From Dipteris shenzhenensis (lineage: Eukaryota), in assembly GCA_047967505.1 (NCBI GenBank), contig CM106538.1: a DNA stretch of 64,000 nt. One strand, written 5' to 3'. Below are positions 50,574-64,000 of the stretch, one piece after another. Under the pieces are notes generated by a model. That model searched no databases and was not told the DNA's origin. It was given only the letters and a program-made list of their open reading frames with translations. The number at the start of each line of letters is the position of its first letter. Positions within the stretch are counted from its first letter, which is position 1. Position numbers and translations under genes: made by a program.

Positions 50574-53500
50574 GCTATGACTCCACAATCATACGTGACT
50601 CTTTCAATCAATGTGTTCCACACTAATATGTCAATGGTATGTCTAGGAGCTTTTGAAATATCAAAGACCCGCACTCCTGTCCATAAGATCTGTAAGTCCT
50701 CTATCAAAGGTACCATGTACATGGTCTCAGACTCAGACATCACGTGCATTGTCCCTAAAAATAGAATCCATCATGTCCACCATACCCTCGTCATCATCTG
50801 GCACATCCGAGAGACTATACTCCTTCTCAAAGTGTGAAGGTATACGCACACCACCCTCCTCATCCTATCTCAAGGTTTCATGTAAATATAAGATCTTGTC
50901 ACAAGATTTTGCATCGTGTATGCATGCAGTATTAATCACGAACTCAAATAGCATTGACTTTTTGTGATGTCATACTTCTTGCTTGCAATGAGTGCAATGA
51001 CAATACAACCTCTTCATAAGCCACTCTATGCTCCCGAGCATTGGTGCATCATCTGACAAGCTTCCACTCGTCCCTTCCATCTGCACACTTGCAAAATCAC
51101 AACACAAAATGCAAGAAAATCCATTAAGATCCAAAAAATAGCCACCCATGAGCTCCTTTCCTCTCTTCTTAGATCAAGTGCCCTCAACCATCACTATATA
51201 GCGACACTTTTAGGGTATTAGTATATAGCGACACTTAGGGTATAAGTGTCGCTATATAGCAACACTTTTAGGGTATGAGTTTTGCTATATAGCGACACTT
51301 TTAGGGTATCAGTGTCGGACTTTTAGGGTATAAGTGTTGCTATATAACGACTGACTAGTATCACTATATAGTGATGCTGGGGGACTAAAAACCCAAAACC
51401 CTATGTGATGCCATCTTTCACAACTCTATTGCGAGAAAATCAAAAATCTCTCCTCCCACATTATATTCAGCAACCTCACTTTGCTCCTCTATTCCCCACA
51501 CTCCTCACCCTTACCAAGGCCCTCTCCCATTGACACTTGTGCTCTCTCTCCACCCTTCTCCCTCTCTACTTGTGTGAAAGAAAGTTTTTCAAGAAGGTGA
51601 GTCTCTTTAAGCAATGTAGGCTCATTTTTTGTGAGATTTTATTTTGTGAGTGTTGAAGCATGTTTCTTCTTGCATTGCTAAGCCTATGTGCTAATTTTCA
51701 TGCTTGATTTTCAGAGATTAAGGACAAAAAATGAGATTTGCTCTTCGCTTTTTGGTATTTCTCTTCCTCCTCTTTACCTTCCTTTTGTTCTTTCTCCTTG
51801 TTTGTAGGCTTATGCTTGTCCCCTCAATCCAATCCCTTGAGAAAGTTGCTTCTCCAAACTCCTCCTTCCTCTAACTAGTTATCTGAAAAATGGTATGTTT
51901 CCTCTCTTTTGTAGGGCCAGTCCACGAAACACCGAGCGGGACTTTTCCAGGTAAGAAAGTGCTTCTTCTTTTTTTATTTTTTTATTTTCGTTATTTACAT
52001 TGGCCTGTAGCTAGCACTTTAAGCACTAGCTGTAGTGATGGGTGTAGGAACCCTTCCTTCCCCTCTCTTCTCTTATTCCCTCTTCTTCTCCTCTTTTCCT
52101 CTTTTCCTCCCTCTTTCCCCCCTCTTTCCCTCCCTCTCTTATTTCCTCTTCTTCCTCTCTTTTCTTCTTTTCCCCTCATTTTTCATTCTCTTTTCCCCTC
52201 TTCCTTCCTCTTCCTTCTCTTCTTTTCCCCTCTCTTATTTCCTCTCTTTCATCCTCTTTTCTCTTCTTTTCATAAGCATATGTATTTGCCTATGCTTATG
52301 CTCATATGCTCATATACTTTTCCCCTCTCTTTTTCCCTCTTCCTTGTCTTCTTTTCCCCTCTTATTTCCTCTCTTTCATCATCTTTTCTCCTCTTTTCAT
52401 AAGCATATGCATTTGCCTATGCTTATGCATGAGCATATGCTTTCTCTTTTTTCCTCTCTTTTCTTCTTTTCCCCTCTCTTTTTTCCTTCTCTTTTCCCCT
52501 CTTTCTTTCTCTTCTTTCTCTACTTTTCCCCTCTCTTATTCCCTCTCTTTTATCCTCTTTTCTCTTCTTTTCATAAGCATATTCATTTATCTATGTATCT
52601 CTCTCACAAGCTTATACTTATGCATGAGCATATGCTCATATGCTCATGCATAAGCATAAGCATATGCTTTCTCTCTTTTTCTCTTTTTTCCCCTCTTCTC
52701 TTCTTTTCTCCTCTCTTTTCTTATTTTCCCCTCTTATTTTTCCTTCTCTTATGCTTATGCTCTTTTCCCCTCTTCTTTTCCCCTCTCTTTTTTCATTCTT
52801 TTTCTCCCTCCTCCTTTCTCTTCCTTCTCTTCTTTTGCCTTCTCTTATTTCCTATCTTTCATCCTCTTTTCTCTTCTTTTCATAAGCATATGCATTTGCC
52901 TATGCTTATGCTCATATGCTTATGCTTACGCATGAGCATATGCTCATATGCTCATATGCTTTTCCCCTCTCTTTTTTCCTTCTCTTTTCTCATCTTTCTT
53001 TCTCTTCCTTCTCTTCTTTTTCCCTCTCTTATTTCCTCTCTTCTATTCTTTTCATAAGCATATGTATTTGCCTATGCTTATACTCATATGCTTATGCTTA
53101 TTCATGAGTATATACTCATATGCTCATATGCATTTCCCCTCTCTTTTTTCCTTCTCTTTCCCCTCTTCCTTTCTCTTCTTTCTCTTCTTTTTCCCTGTCT
53201 TATTTCCTCTCTTTCATTTTCTTTTCTTTTTTGTTCATAAGCATATGCTTTCTCTCTTTTTCTCTTTTTTCCCCTCTTTTCTTATTTTCTCCTCTCTTTT
53301 GAAAGGGTCATTTTGTAACAAACAATGTTGTATATCTTCGACATGTATATGCTTCTGTCACTCAACTTGTTTGAGCGATTTTGTATCACCCTTTTCACAA
53401 AGGAAATTTTGTAACAAACAACATTCTTTTGTAATTACTTTTAAAAAAACATTAGTGGGGCAAAACAGGGCTTGCTATGGCCCTGTTTAGCCCCACTAAT

Positions 53501-53751
53501 GTTTTTTTAAGCTTATGTTAATCGTTGCTATATAGCGACATTTACCAGTCTCACCATATAGCGATGTTTACTAGTGTCGCTATATAGTGACATTTATTAG
53601 TGTCACTATATAGCGATGCTTATATAGCGACCGTCCTTTTTCTATGCTTATAGCGATGTAAATACCGACCTTTGTGCCCATCCCCAAAAAAAACTTTTTA
53701 GTGTAAAAATGGTCGGTATTTCTGTCAGAAAAGGGCCTGTGCCTTGTAGTG
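50574..53751. mobile_element. CACTA copy 2, internally deleted derivative; left part missing
   Basis: Mosaic of segments matching about 11072-11121, 18585-18680 and 19405-20720, plus the satellite and 24856-25309; ends GCCTTGTAGTG at 53751; repeat arrays 51190-51376 and 53522-53658. Confidence 0.9.
52050..53300. repeat. CT-rich / GCATAT-GCTTAT compound satellite of CACTA copy 2
   Basis: Directly visible; same position as 20700-23160 relative to the conserved flank. Confidence 0.88.
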
Positions 53752-54330
53752 CCTGAACCTCACCAAAAATGGCTACACCCAAGCAAACAATGAGCCTATC
53801 CCAATCACACTTGAATGATTGCACTATGTTAGTGAGAATAAGCTTAATTGTTTTATTTGTTGACTCAGCTTTACCATTTCCATGGCAGAGATAGTAAGTG
53901 ATTGAAACTATATGCATAATTTTGAATTTAGTCTTGAACAACTGTATATCATCATTGAGAAAATGTGAACCCTGATCATTAACAAGCTGTATATGGCATT
54001 CATATCTACAAATTATATTTTCAAAGATAAACTTGGCACTATTCTAAGCCAAGTTATCTTGGAGTGCCTTAGCTTCAACCTACTTAGTAGCATAGTCAGT
54101 AGACCCAATGAAGTCTTTGTTCAATGTAAACCTAGTAGGTTTGTAGGGGCCAACAAAATCCAAACCCCATATTTGGAATGCTTCCCAAGGTGTGTAGTCC
54201 AGTGGTGACTCATGTCATGGGGATCTTGGAGGTATGCCCAGGAATCTGTTCACCTCCTACCACTCCTCGTGTAAGAAATGCAAGCACACATGCATTCCAA
54301 AAGTGTCACACCAATGGTTTCAAGACTTGT
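53752..54330 (-). pseudogene. Gypsy integrase fragment
   Basis: GLDFVGP, LVNDQGSHFLN, YYLCHGNGKAESTNKTIKLIL. Confidence 0.75.
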
Positions 54331-54618
54331 AGCAATGTGAATCCTCAAGAGAAGGAGGGGGAGAAAGAGGAGGGGGAGAGGAATGAAGGAGGGGGAAAGG
54401 AGAGGTAGGGGGAAGTAAATGTATGAAGCAATAAGGGGGAAAGAGAGCAAGAGAAACATAGACAACACTTCTTGGAAGAGAAGGAGATCTTCTATTTCTC
54501 AAGCTTGCATACATAACACAAAAAAAGTGGGACTCCGTGTGGCCGATGTACATGTGGAGTACTTCACAAAAGGGAGGATAACCATGATAGGGTAGGGAAT
54601 AGGGTTAAAGGTGTGGAC

Positions 54619-55227
54619 TGTTAGAGTTAGCTCAAATGTCCACCTCTCATGTAACCCACCAATATTCTGTGTACCCAATGTTGTAAGGCCCCCATATGAG
54701 GAGAAGCCATGATGGGTATCAGATATTGGGAGGGATCCCCAGTTTAGACACTGGAAGGGGTCTTAGAGTAGACCAGATGGTTATGAGACGGCTTAGGAGC
54801 CAAGAGTAGATACCCGTCTGCACAAAGGGGGGGTTCGGGGGGGCGATAGCCCCCCCGATAGCAGGGGGTCCGGGGGGCGCAGGCCCCCGGTGGGGGTCTG
54901 GGGGCAAAGCCCCCAGCGGCAGGGTCGGTGGTCCTCCAGGCCGACTGTCTATTAGGCCGACTGCCTATTACAGGGCCGACCGTCAACCACTTACACTATA
55001 TAAGTGGCCACCCCCTATCATCAGATCACCAGTTCTTCACGCTCATAGTCCTCCGTCCAGCATCTGTCTAGATCACCATCGAAGCTCTGTCTGTAGAGCG
55101 CACGGGTGGACAGCCAACCATCAGTTGTATCAGCAGTTTGGTATATCAGAATTTTTGTATTCTCTCCAGCTTTCCATCGTGTACTTGCGTTTTGTTGTTA
55201 TCTTCCGCTGCGTACTATTTTCTTACA
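54619..55227 (+). repeat. Solo LTR (609 bp) related to the copia family B LTR
   Basis: TGTTAGAG...CTTACA flanked by a perfect TSD TGGAC (54614-54618, 55228-55232); TATA-like CTATATAA near 54996. Confidence 0.9.
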
Positions 55228-56669
55228 TGGACTACATTGAGGAACTTTTGAATGGAGGGCCAACCCTAATCCTTCTCATCACTTTTCCTATTTCTCACGT
55301 TACGAGCACTTTGACCATGTTCCAAGGTGGAATTATATTCTCATCCTAGCCTTTTATTTGCTCTTTCTCTAGGGGTTAGCATGCCCCCCTCTTGAATTTC
55401 ATCGATCCTTGGAGTGGAGTAGCCCAGTGGTCAACTTGCTTAAAATTGGGGCCTTCATCTTGAATATGAGCTTGTGATAGATATTAAGATGTTGTTCTTT
55501 GCGTGTCATCCCTTGTTCTAGAATTCCCCATAACAAAATGATCAAAATAGCCATCAACATAGTGCTAAAAGTAGAGGATAGTGATGAATGCTTCAACTAA
55601 ATTATTGTCTGTGAATACAAAATTCTAGAGAATCATTTTGTAATAATCTCTTAACAATTCTTTCATGTCTATTTTGATTTTTCACTTCTTCTCTCTAACG
55701 GTTCTGAACCAAGACGTTTTTCCTATGTGCAATTCTTTTTTAGAATAATTGTTATTTGTGCTATAAGACAATGCCTTAGAGGGCTAGTCATATGATTCTA
55801 GAGGAAATAATAGTTATCTATGTTATAAGACAGAGACCTAGAGGGCTGGTCATACCCTTCTAATTAGGTGTTTACACACTGAAGGGAACCTGAGCATAGG
55901 GGCTTGTTTTGGACAATGAGGAGTGTTGTTCTACATGGCGAATGAACACATGTTTACACCCTCAAAATCGATGGTTGCTTCCATGAGCCGATGTGGATGC
56001 CACAACCTATGTCAATTCAACACTCCCATGGGAAATCAAGCTTGGTTTCCCATCGATGAGCATTGCTACTAGTAGCCAATCACAGTCATATTGTGGTTCC
56101 CTATTCGGTGGTAGGGAGGTGTCTGACACCATCCCCACCCAAGCACCCAGCCAGCCCGCTTCCATGAATCAAAAAGATTTAGGGGTGTGCAATTGTCAGG
56201 TGTGGAACTCAGAATGCGATCATGTTGCATTTGTGGTAAATTTGCGACCATCCTAGGTGAGACAATAGCTTCTTTTGTTTTGGCATTGTACTAAAATTGA
56301 AAGTGCCTCCTTACAAGGTGACCAAGTTAAAGCCCTAGTTGGTAGCCCCTATTCCAGAGATTCCCTAGCTAGTGTTCAAGGTTCCCTCTTGCACTTACCT
56401 TCTTTAGCTCCTTTTGGCACCTGAGTTATAGGGTGTTTTGGCATGCCGTAGAGGGGAGTAGGGTATAGTGATCAATGCATAATTTTCCAAAAGAGAAAAT
56501 TTTAGCATTTATTTTTTGGGTCAACGTTTGCTTGGGTGTAGCCAATCGCAAAACTATTTTCGGGGCCAATTTGGGGCCGTGACGTGATGCAATCCTTGGT
56601 GAATATTTGAATTTTGCGTGGACCCACTCTCTCGTCGAAACTTTTTTCGATGTCATGAAGGCGGACTGG

Positions 56670-57280
56670 CATCATAATGAGACACAATCTATTTGTTTTG
56701 AACACCACATAGCTTGACACATGGTATCTCCTTCGTACAACACAGTCTCTGGCCTATGCCGCTTGATCACTTATCATCGTGCCACCTTTTGCTGTAGCTT
56801 TGCCACCTGTCACTCGCACTGCACCCATGTAGATCAATAAAATTGAAGGTTGGCTTGGAGAGACCACCGCACTTGTTCTTGGCATAATAAATTAGATGCA
56901 ATCTATCATTTTGAACACCACCATAGTGCAATCTCTGGACTGACCACCTGCTATCATGCAGCGTTTTACTGCATCTTTGACAGCAACCCATGCAAATCAT
57001 ATGTTGTCTTGGAGAGACCACTGTGCAGGTTTTTGGCATAATACGGAGATGCAATCTATAATTCTAAGCATCACCTCAGCACAGTCTCTTGCCTGACGAC
57101 CTGTCATTGCCCAGAATTCAAGGTGGTCTTGGATAGACCACCGCGCTAGTTCTTAGAGTTATAGCTCTGTTACCTATTTTTATGTATTACAGGAGGAGGT
57201 CTATGATGACCAGCGGGCTGACAAATAGAAGGAGATGTATGAAAGCCACCGCGGTGGTTCTTAGAGTTATATATTTGTGT
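56670..57280. repeat. Diverged tandem repeat, about 120-150 bp units
   Basis: TTGGAGAGACCAC...TTGGCATAATA...GATGCAATCTAT recurs near 56856 and 57009, with a shorter variant near 57129. Confidence 0.65.
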
Positions 57281-57315
57281 ACCAAGGAAAATGTACTCCA
57301 TTGTGCAACCAAGAA

Positions 57316-57479
57316 AAATGCAATTGATGATATGGCCCTTGAGGGGTCCCCTTTAGGGGCAAGGGCCATATCCACATGCCATTTCTATCCAATGGCATCT
57401 TGGATATTGTATAATACACATCGATATGGCCCTTGCCCCTAGAAGGGACCCCTTAAGGGCCATATCACCAATTGAATTT
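57316..57479. repeat. Inverted repeat with 59-bp arms, each arm itself palindromic
   Basis: Arms 57316-57374 and 57421-57479; four GATATGGCCCTT/AAGGGCCATATC half-sites. Confidence 0.85.
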
Positions 57480-58699
57480 CTAAAAGTTTAATTTTATTTT
57501 TCTAGATGTATCTCCATGAAACCACAACGATGGGGTCGTTGGAGTTATTTTTGCACTATTTTGGTCATAAACCAAGGAAATTGCAGTCCTTGTTTCTTGG
57601 TATTTTAGTCCTTGTTGTAGTAGATATAAATGAGGGAAAAAGTACAATTTATCGAGTGAAAGTTGAGCAAGAGATATCACAATGTACATCTACGTCCAAT
57701 AATAGGCTATATAAAAATTATCAACTTATACCGAGCAAAATTTGAACAGAGGAACTTACATTTATAAAAACTCGACAATTATTGAGAGCCTTAAAGGCCA
57801 AAAGATTACAGCTAGTAGCCACAACCATGCAAATATAAAAGTTAACAACAATGCATATTGAGAGCCTCAAATTGAAATAAAAGTTAACAATAGTGCATAC
57901 TGAGAATCTCAAATTTAACAAAAAGAGAGTACATAAATGAATTAAAAACTCAGCAATTGATGACAGCCTTACAGACCAAAACATTACATCCAGTGAGGCA
58001 AAAGATCATTGAGAGCCTTAGAGGCCAAAATATTACATCCATCCATTGCTGAGAGCCTCGTCTTAGCAAGAGGGAGTTTGCACAACTCAGTTTTCTACCA
58101 ATCTAGCTCAATGTTGCATTAAAAATTTTTAGGGAGCCAAAGGAGGATACAATAGAGAGGCCAAAGACCATGCACATTGCTAGGACTCATATTATGTCCC
58201 CCCCAACAAGTCAAGAGTACTCTGCTCTAAAAATACTAAGGCCTTCATCGACATCTAGGGGGAACCCATATAGCACAACCATAAAGAGGCCCTCTTTAAG
58301 CATTGCGTCTAAGGTGGTGACATGCAGATGTGTGGGGAATCGACTGTGTGGGAACAAATGGTCTTCACTAGTGCTAGCATTTCTACTCCAGATGAGTGCA
58401 ATGCAATCACCTTATATGAGAAGGAAGATAACATTGGGATCACAGAGGGGTGGTGGTAGGCATGTTGAAGATGAGTGGGTGACCAGCAGATGAGCGAGGG
58501 AGCAAATAAGTTGGAGGAGAGAGCGTGGAGCAAAGTAGAGGAGCAGGGGCAGAAAAGAGCTAGAGGAGGGGTGTGGAGCAAAGTAGTAGAGCGTGAGGAG
58601 AAAAGTAGCAGAGCATGGGCAAATCAGAGCAACGTAGTAAAATTCCAAATGCCACAGATCTTATATATATTATAAAGTTTGACCCACGACGATGGCTGG

Positions 58700-59650
58700 A
58701 GCTCGAGGTTCCATCCATATTAATTGCAGGACACTGCGGTGGAATCTCAGGTGCCACCCCAAATGGGCTAATAATCATGAAGAAGACACCATGTGGTGCC
58801 ACTTCGGTGGGTAGTAATTAACTGCTAGCCTATTGGAATCTTAGCCACGACAGATGTGGCTAATGAGAGCCACCACCACCGGGCAGTAACTCCCAAAAAG
58901 GTAAATCATGAAGTCTAATCACTCATTACCATGTACTCTAGTTCTCTACTAAGCATGCAAGCCCAGTGATTGTTATTATTTACTGCACTCGTAGTGATCA
59001 TGCATGCTTAAGCCTAGTGGTGGCTAGTAATTTTAATTGCCAGTCTGGTGGAATCGTAGCCATGATAGACGTGGTTGTAATCACATGTTATCATGCACTC
59101 TAGTATTGTACTAAGCATGTGAGTCTAATGAATGGTAAATTTTAGTGTACTCGTAGTGATCATGCATGCTTAAGCCTGATGGTGGGTGAGTAGTGGCACG
59201 GTGGAATCATAGCCACAACAGATGTGGTTGATGATAGCCACCACCATCGGGAAATAATTCCCACAAAAGTAAATCATGAAGCCTAATCACCTCTAATACC
59301 TCACTACCATGCACTCTAGTACTCTCCTGAGCATACAAGCCCGGTGACTAGTAATTTACTGCACTTGTCGTAATCATGCATGCGAGCCCGATGGTGGTAG
59401 CTCGAAGTTGAGTAATTGCGGGCCATTGTGATGGCTAGTAATTAATTGCCAGCCCGATGGGTCTTAGCCGTGCCACCATAGACATGGCTTGGAATCTTAG
59501 ATGCCACCACCTCTAATCATTCATTACCATGCAAGTCAATACTGCAACCTTGAATTAATCAAAATTTGGGCCAACCACCACGGTGGCTCTCACCTTGATA
59601 GTAGTCAGGCTACAACCACCATGGTGGCTCTCACCTTAACATTGTAGTCG
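58700..59650. repeat. Diverged tandem repeat array, roughly 150-210 bp subunits
   Basis: GGAATC..AGCCA...AGATGTGG, TACCATGCACTCTAGT and ATCATGCATGC recur 3-4 times. Confidence 0.7.
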
Positions 59651-62059
59651 AGCTACAAATGGCTATTCCTTCCCTTAACCATTTTTTCTTCTATCCCTCT
59701 CGATTGTTTTCTCCCTTTCAATCTCAAGCCTCCACTATTCCATTTCCTTCACTGCTTCATCTTTTATCCCTCTTGACCATTTCTTTCTCCTTTATAATCG
59801 AATTACAAACTCAAGCCTCCACTATTCCATCTCCTTCATTGTTTCATCTTCTATCCCTCTCGACCATTTCTATCTCCCTTGCACTCTTCCTACAACTTCT
59901 ATCCCCTCTCATAATAGACCTTGCACAGTTCGGGAGCTCCTCACACAATCTTTCAACCCCCTCTATAGCACAGTGGGAGAGCCCTCCCTCCCATGATCTT
60001 GAAATCGTGACATATGGGACCTCCTCAAATTACCATCAATGAAAGTGTGATTGAAAATGCTCTAGGAATTTTTGGAGGGAGTTTGCAAGCACACTTTTTT
60101 GAGAAGCAGTGGAAGAGATTGGATATTCTAGATGTATACCCCAACACTCAAATTAGTAAAGACGGTGGAGTCAAGATTTTGAGCTTGCCAACAAACCTCT
60201 GAGATGTGCTGAAGAAGACCTTTCACTTCTTTCCTCGAGAGGAACCTACAAGTTCTGGCAAGTTCAAGTAGCAGTAGAGCAACTAAAAGGACGTGATGTA
60301 TCTTTATCAAGGGAGATCTCCAAGAGCATGTTAACCAACCTAAAGAATTGCATGGATGGCAAATCCCAATTGTCTTCCCAGTCCACTGGAGTTGCAATGC
60401 ACCTGATGGCATCTACCCTCAAAGGGATTTTTGAGCAACACGATAAGTAGATGTCTCGGAAGGTGACGTTTTTACAAGAGTAAACCACCGATGCAATAAA
60501 GGCAGCACAATTTGAGAGAAGTCTCAGGGAAGGTGCAGAAGCCAAGGTAGAGGAGGCACAAGCATGGGCCTTGTAGGCTTAAGAGCAAGCTAAGTCCGCT
60601 ATAAAATTTGTCGACATGGAAAGGCATAGAGGAGACAAATCAAAGAAGTGCATGAAGGAGATCTAAGAGGCTCAAAGAAGTGAGAAATGATGGGGACATG
60701 GTGGACAAGGAGCTAGAGAAGATGTGAAAGGATCTTGAATATTAGAGAGCCAAAAAGGAGGGTCTTTACAAATGGCTCTGCAACATGCAGAACGCATTGA
60801 ACATTGAAAAATACCAGATGATGGAGGAAAGGTGATAAACGAATTTCAAGCGAGCTTCAAGGCCAGGAAGGATGGGGCAGAGAGTAGCCAAGGTGGAGAA
60901 GAAGACAACGAGGCAGCTCCCCAAGTGAGGAAGGATGCAAAGAGCAACCACGGTGGAGCAAGTCCCAACCACCATGGTGGAGCAAGTTCCAGTCACCATG
61001 GTGGAGCAATTTGCAACTGCCACGGTGAGGGTTGTTTTTTAAAACACTGTTGAAAGTTGAAAGAGTAAGCTACAAGACCCTATAAGAAGATCACGATAGT
61101 TGTGTGCACGAGCTTGCGTGGCTTTTGACATTTATGAAAAGCAATCCATCATCTTGAGAGATTTCCAAACTAGAGTGGAACGCTTGGAAATGGCCCATGA
61201 AGATATTTTTCAGCAATTTGCACAACTTTAACAGATGCCAAAGGATTCAAATGAAGATGTTGCATAGAGAGCAAAAAGTTAAGGAGATGAAGGAGAACAT
61301 CCGCAGCCTTAGGATGAGGAAGGAAGAAATCAAGAAGCAACTTTGTCATGTATAGAGCAAGACTGTGGTATTGACAGCCACAATAGTTAAATTGGATGCC
61401 TATCCTACTATGTAGCAGGGTCCAAAATGCATGATATTCCATACCCCCATCATAGATGACTACTATATCCAATGGCATGCATGCTAGCTACTACCATGTG
61501 CACATTTTTTGCTTTGAAGTGTTTGTGCATACAAATCTAGCTCTATAAAATGCCATTTTCCATTGCCCAAGTCATGGACAAATCAAATTTCTTGCCTACT
61601 ATAGCTATCTACAATGAGAAAGTAGATGTTGTTGCTCAATGTGCCATTTGGGCAAAAGATCTTAAAGACAAGTAGCTCAAATTGAAGAAGGCCAAGACCT
61701 CTGACTGCGAGGAAAAAGAGCCTGAAGGGAGGATCCACCCCCTTCAAGAAAGGAGAAAGAAGGGCCGAGCCTACAACCAGGAAGCTCAAAATCAAGGAAA
61801 GAGGAAGTGACATGAAGGGGGGGTTGGGCCCCTACCGAAAGAAACCAGCCCCATTCTAGAAATGAGCAAGGAGGGTCGAGCCTGCAATCAAGGATCTCAA
61901 TAAGCAGTCCTTGAGATGTAATCTGAAGTAAAGGAGTCTTTGTGATTGTAAGCTATGTAATCTATTGATTTTTAAATCTTCTCTAGAGTTTAGTTGGGCA
62001 ATGTTTTGAGCTATGTGACTAGATAGTGTCCTTTGATCCACGCCCACACGATGATAATA

Positions 62060-62340
62060 ATGAGATGAAAGATTTCGATTTGACAAGTAATGTGAGATGA
62101 AATATTTCAATTGCATTACTAATGTGAGACTAAAAGATTTTGATTAGTGAACATTTCGATTGAAGAACTAATGTGATACGAAAGATTTTGATTAGACAAC
62201 TAATTTGAGACGAAAGATTTTGATTAGACAACTAACATGAGACTGAAGAATGATAAGGCCGAGCTCAATGAACTCAAATATTTCGATCACCAAACTAACA
62301 TGAGACTGAAGATTGAGAAGGTCGGCCTCAATGAACTCTC
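62060..62340. repeat. Short minisatellite, about 30-60 bp units
   Basis: TGAGAC.AAAGATTTTGATTAGACAACTAA and CTAACATGAGACTGAAGA...CTCAATGAACTC repeats. Confidence 0.7.
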
Positions 62341-63107
62341 TCCCTATTTAAATGCAGTGTAGACACAACTAAGAGCCCATTATCAAATCTAGCCGCAAAA
62401 TTGTGTACACCGATCCACCTACTGCCGATCCACCTATAGCGAATATATGGAATATCCAAATAACTTTGGAATTATTTTGTTCTACTTGAAAATGATGTTG
62501 GATGGCATCCTCGCAGAAACAAACCCGGAGAAGGAGGAGGAAAATAGCTGCAAGGAGGACATGCTTCGGTGGTGGGTGTATTACTTGGAGTTAGAGACAG
62601 TGAATATTAATTTCCCTGGCTATTGTTTTTCCTGCTCCTTTAATGTACTTGTCAAGCTCATGATGTAGGTTTCTTTTGGCAAGACATGCTAGAGGCACAA
62701 AGATGTATAGAGTGCAAAGACTAGGATGCAGAGGACCAAGGAGGAGTTACTATGGGCGCATAAGTTGGCAGAGTCAAGTAAGCAATGTGTAATCCGAGTG
62801 TGTAAAGAGGTCTACCATTGTGCATCATATTGGCCTAAAGAGTGGCCTAAAGAGCTGGGAGATGCTTGCCATAGAGAGGCTGATAAGATAGTTGGGAATT
62901 TGGAATTTCCTTGAAAACGAAAAATGTCATTGTATTTTGAAACAATAAAAATCTTGCAGGCATTTCTTGGACTTGTGAACTTTCTCATGGTGCTTGAATA
63001 AATACCTGATTTTGTATCGACCTTCTTCCATGTTAGGACTTAAATGTTTTAAGTAGCCCGATGGTTGAAATCTGATGGTTAACGATAACTAGTCTAAATG
63101 GCACTAG

Positions 63108-63530
63108 CACTGTGTAACAAATTTTAGGATAGCATGGCAGTAGTGTAGGGATAGCATAGTAGTAATGCAAGATAAGTTATCGCTAGCATGGTGGTTTATT
63201 GCACTAGGATATTAACATCCATCAACATGGTGGTTTCCTTGTATTATTACAAGATGAATGGATTTGTAGGATGTGTGGATTTGTTGTGGGAAACCAGCGT
63301 AGTGGTTGTTGGGATATACTAAAAACAAGCATGGGATGAAATCTCACGGTTAACAAAATGATAAATAGTCTAAAGGGCACTAATTTTGTATAGCATTGTG
63401 CAACAAATTTTAGGATAGTACGGCAGTAGTGTAGGAATAGCATGGTAGTAGTGTAGGATAAGCTCTCACCAGCACGGTGGTTTGCTTCTATTATTACAAG
63501 AAGAATGGATTTGTAGGATGTGTGGATTTG
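63108..63530. repeat. Imperfect tandem duplication
   Basis: AACAAATTTTAGGATAG...GGCAGTAGTGTAGG and ATGGATTTGTAGGATGTGTGGATTTG each occur twice. Confidence 0.7.
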
Positions 63531-64000
63531 TGAGGTAGTCGATAGAACGAGCGAGGAAAAGCGAGCGGGCCCAAAAAAGCGAGCGAGCTTTTCCACAATT
63601 TCCTTATCGCGGTACTCAACATAACTTTGTGCAAACCACTATTTGGGAAGATTCTCAAAAATAAAACTTATGTTACTATGTGTAACTATACCAACATTGT
63701 GAATTATAGTCTACCTTAACTTCCAATTGGAGCCATACTCACATTATGCAACAATAGTATGTGGGTTTGAAAGAAACCAAATTTCCACTCCAAATCGGAT
63801 TCCATTATTGATACAACAATTCTTTTGCATTTGAAATAGGTCTTATTATCACAAGTCCTTCAATAATCAAAACAAATGCGTTGCTTGATATGTTGAACTT
63901 AGTAATGAAACATCACTTCACCCATATGCAGGGAAAAAAACTGTTTGTAGACTTCATAGCATGGGATTGCATCAACACTTATGACATTCAAAACGGTTCT

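Noticed and set aside
63720-64000. Possible minus-strand hAT transposase remnant (ATHLF*LLKDL...ISNAKEL)
   Set aside because: Too short and degenerate at the window edge to support a call

Overview
This is transposon-saturated land-plant heterochromatin. It has tRNA-iMet primer sites, GT-AG introns and many CAG>TAG and TGG>TGA stops; a non-flowering lineage is my guess, not established. I see no intact host gene. Clear components: three copies of one Ty1/copia family (one full length at 12974-18550, TSD CATGC); a very young gag-only LTR element (8073-10693, TSD GAAGA); two copies of a CACTA family with a large intronic satellite; other copia and gypsy remnants; two solo LTRs; and three MITEs with 8-bp TSDs. 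The most unusual part is about 25310-39118, a compact cluster of decayed genes, most with introns. It contains a RAG1/Transib-like DDE transposase, a gene with two Ulp1/C48 SUMO-protease-like domains, a divergent histone H3-like gene with a long C-terminal extension, a BAH-like gene, and a gene with weak DNA amino-methyltransferase-like motifs. The cluster ends abruptly inside a copia integrase. I interpret it as a large DNA transposon carrying its own chromatin toolkit; this is inference, and its left terminus was not found. All domain calls come from manual translation and motif recognition, not database searches.
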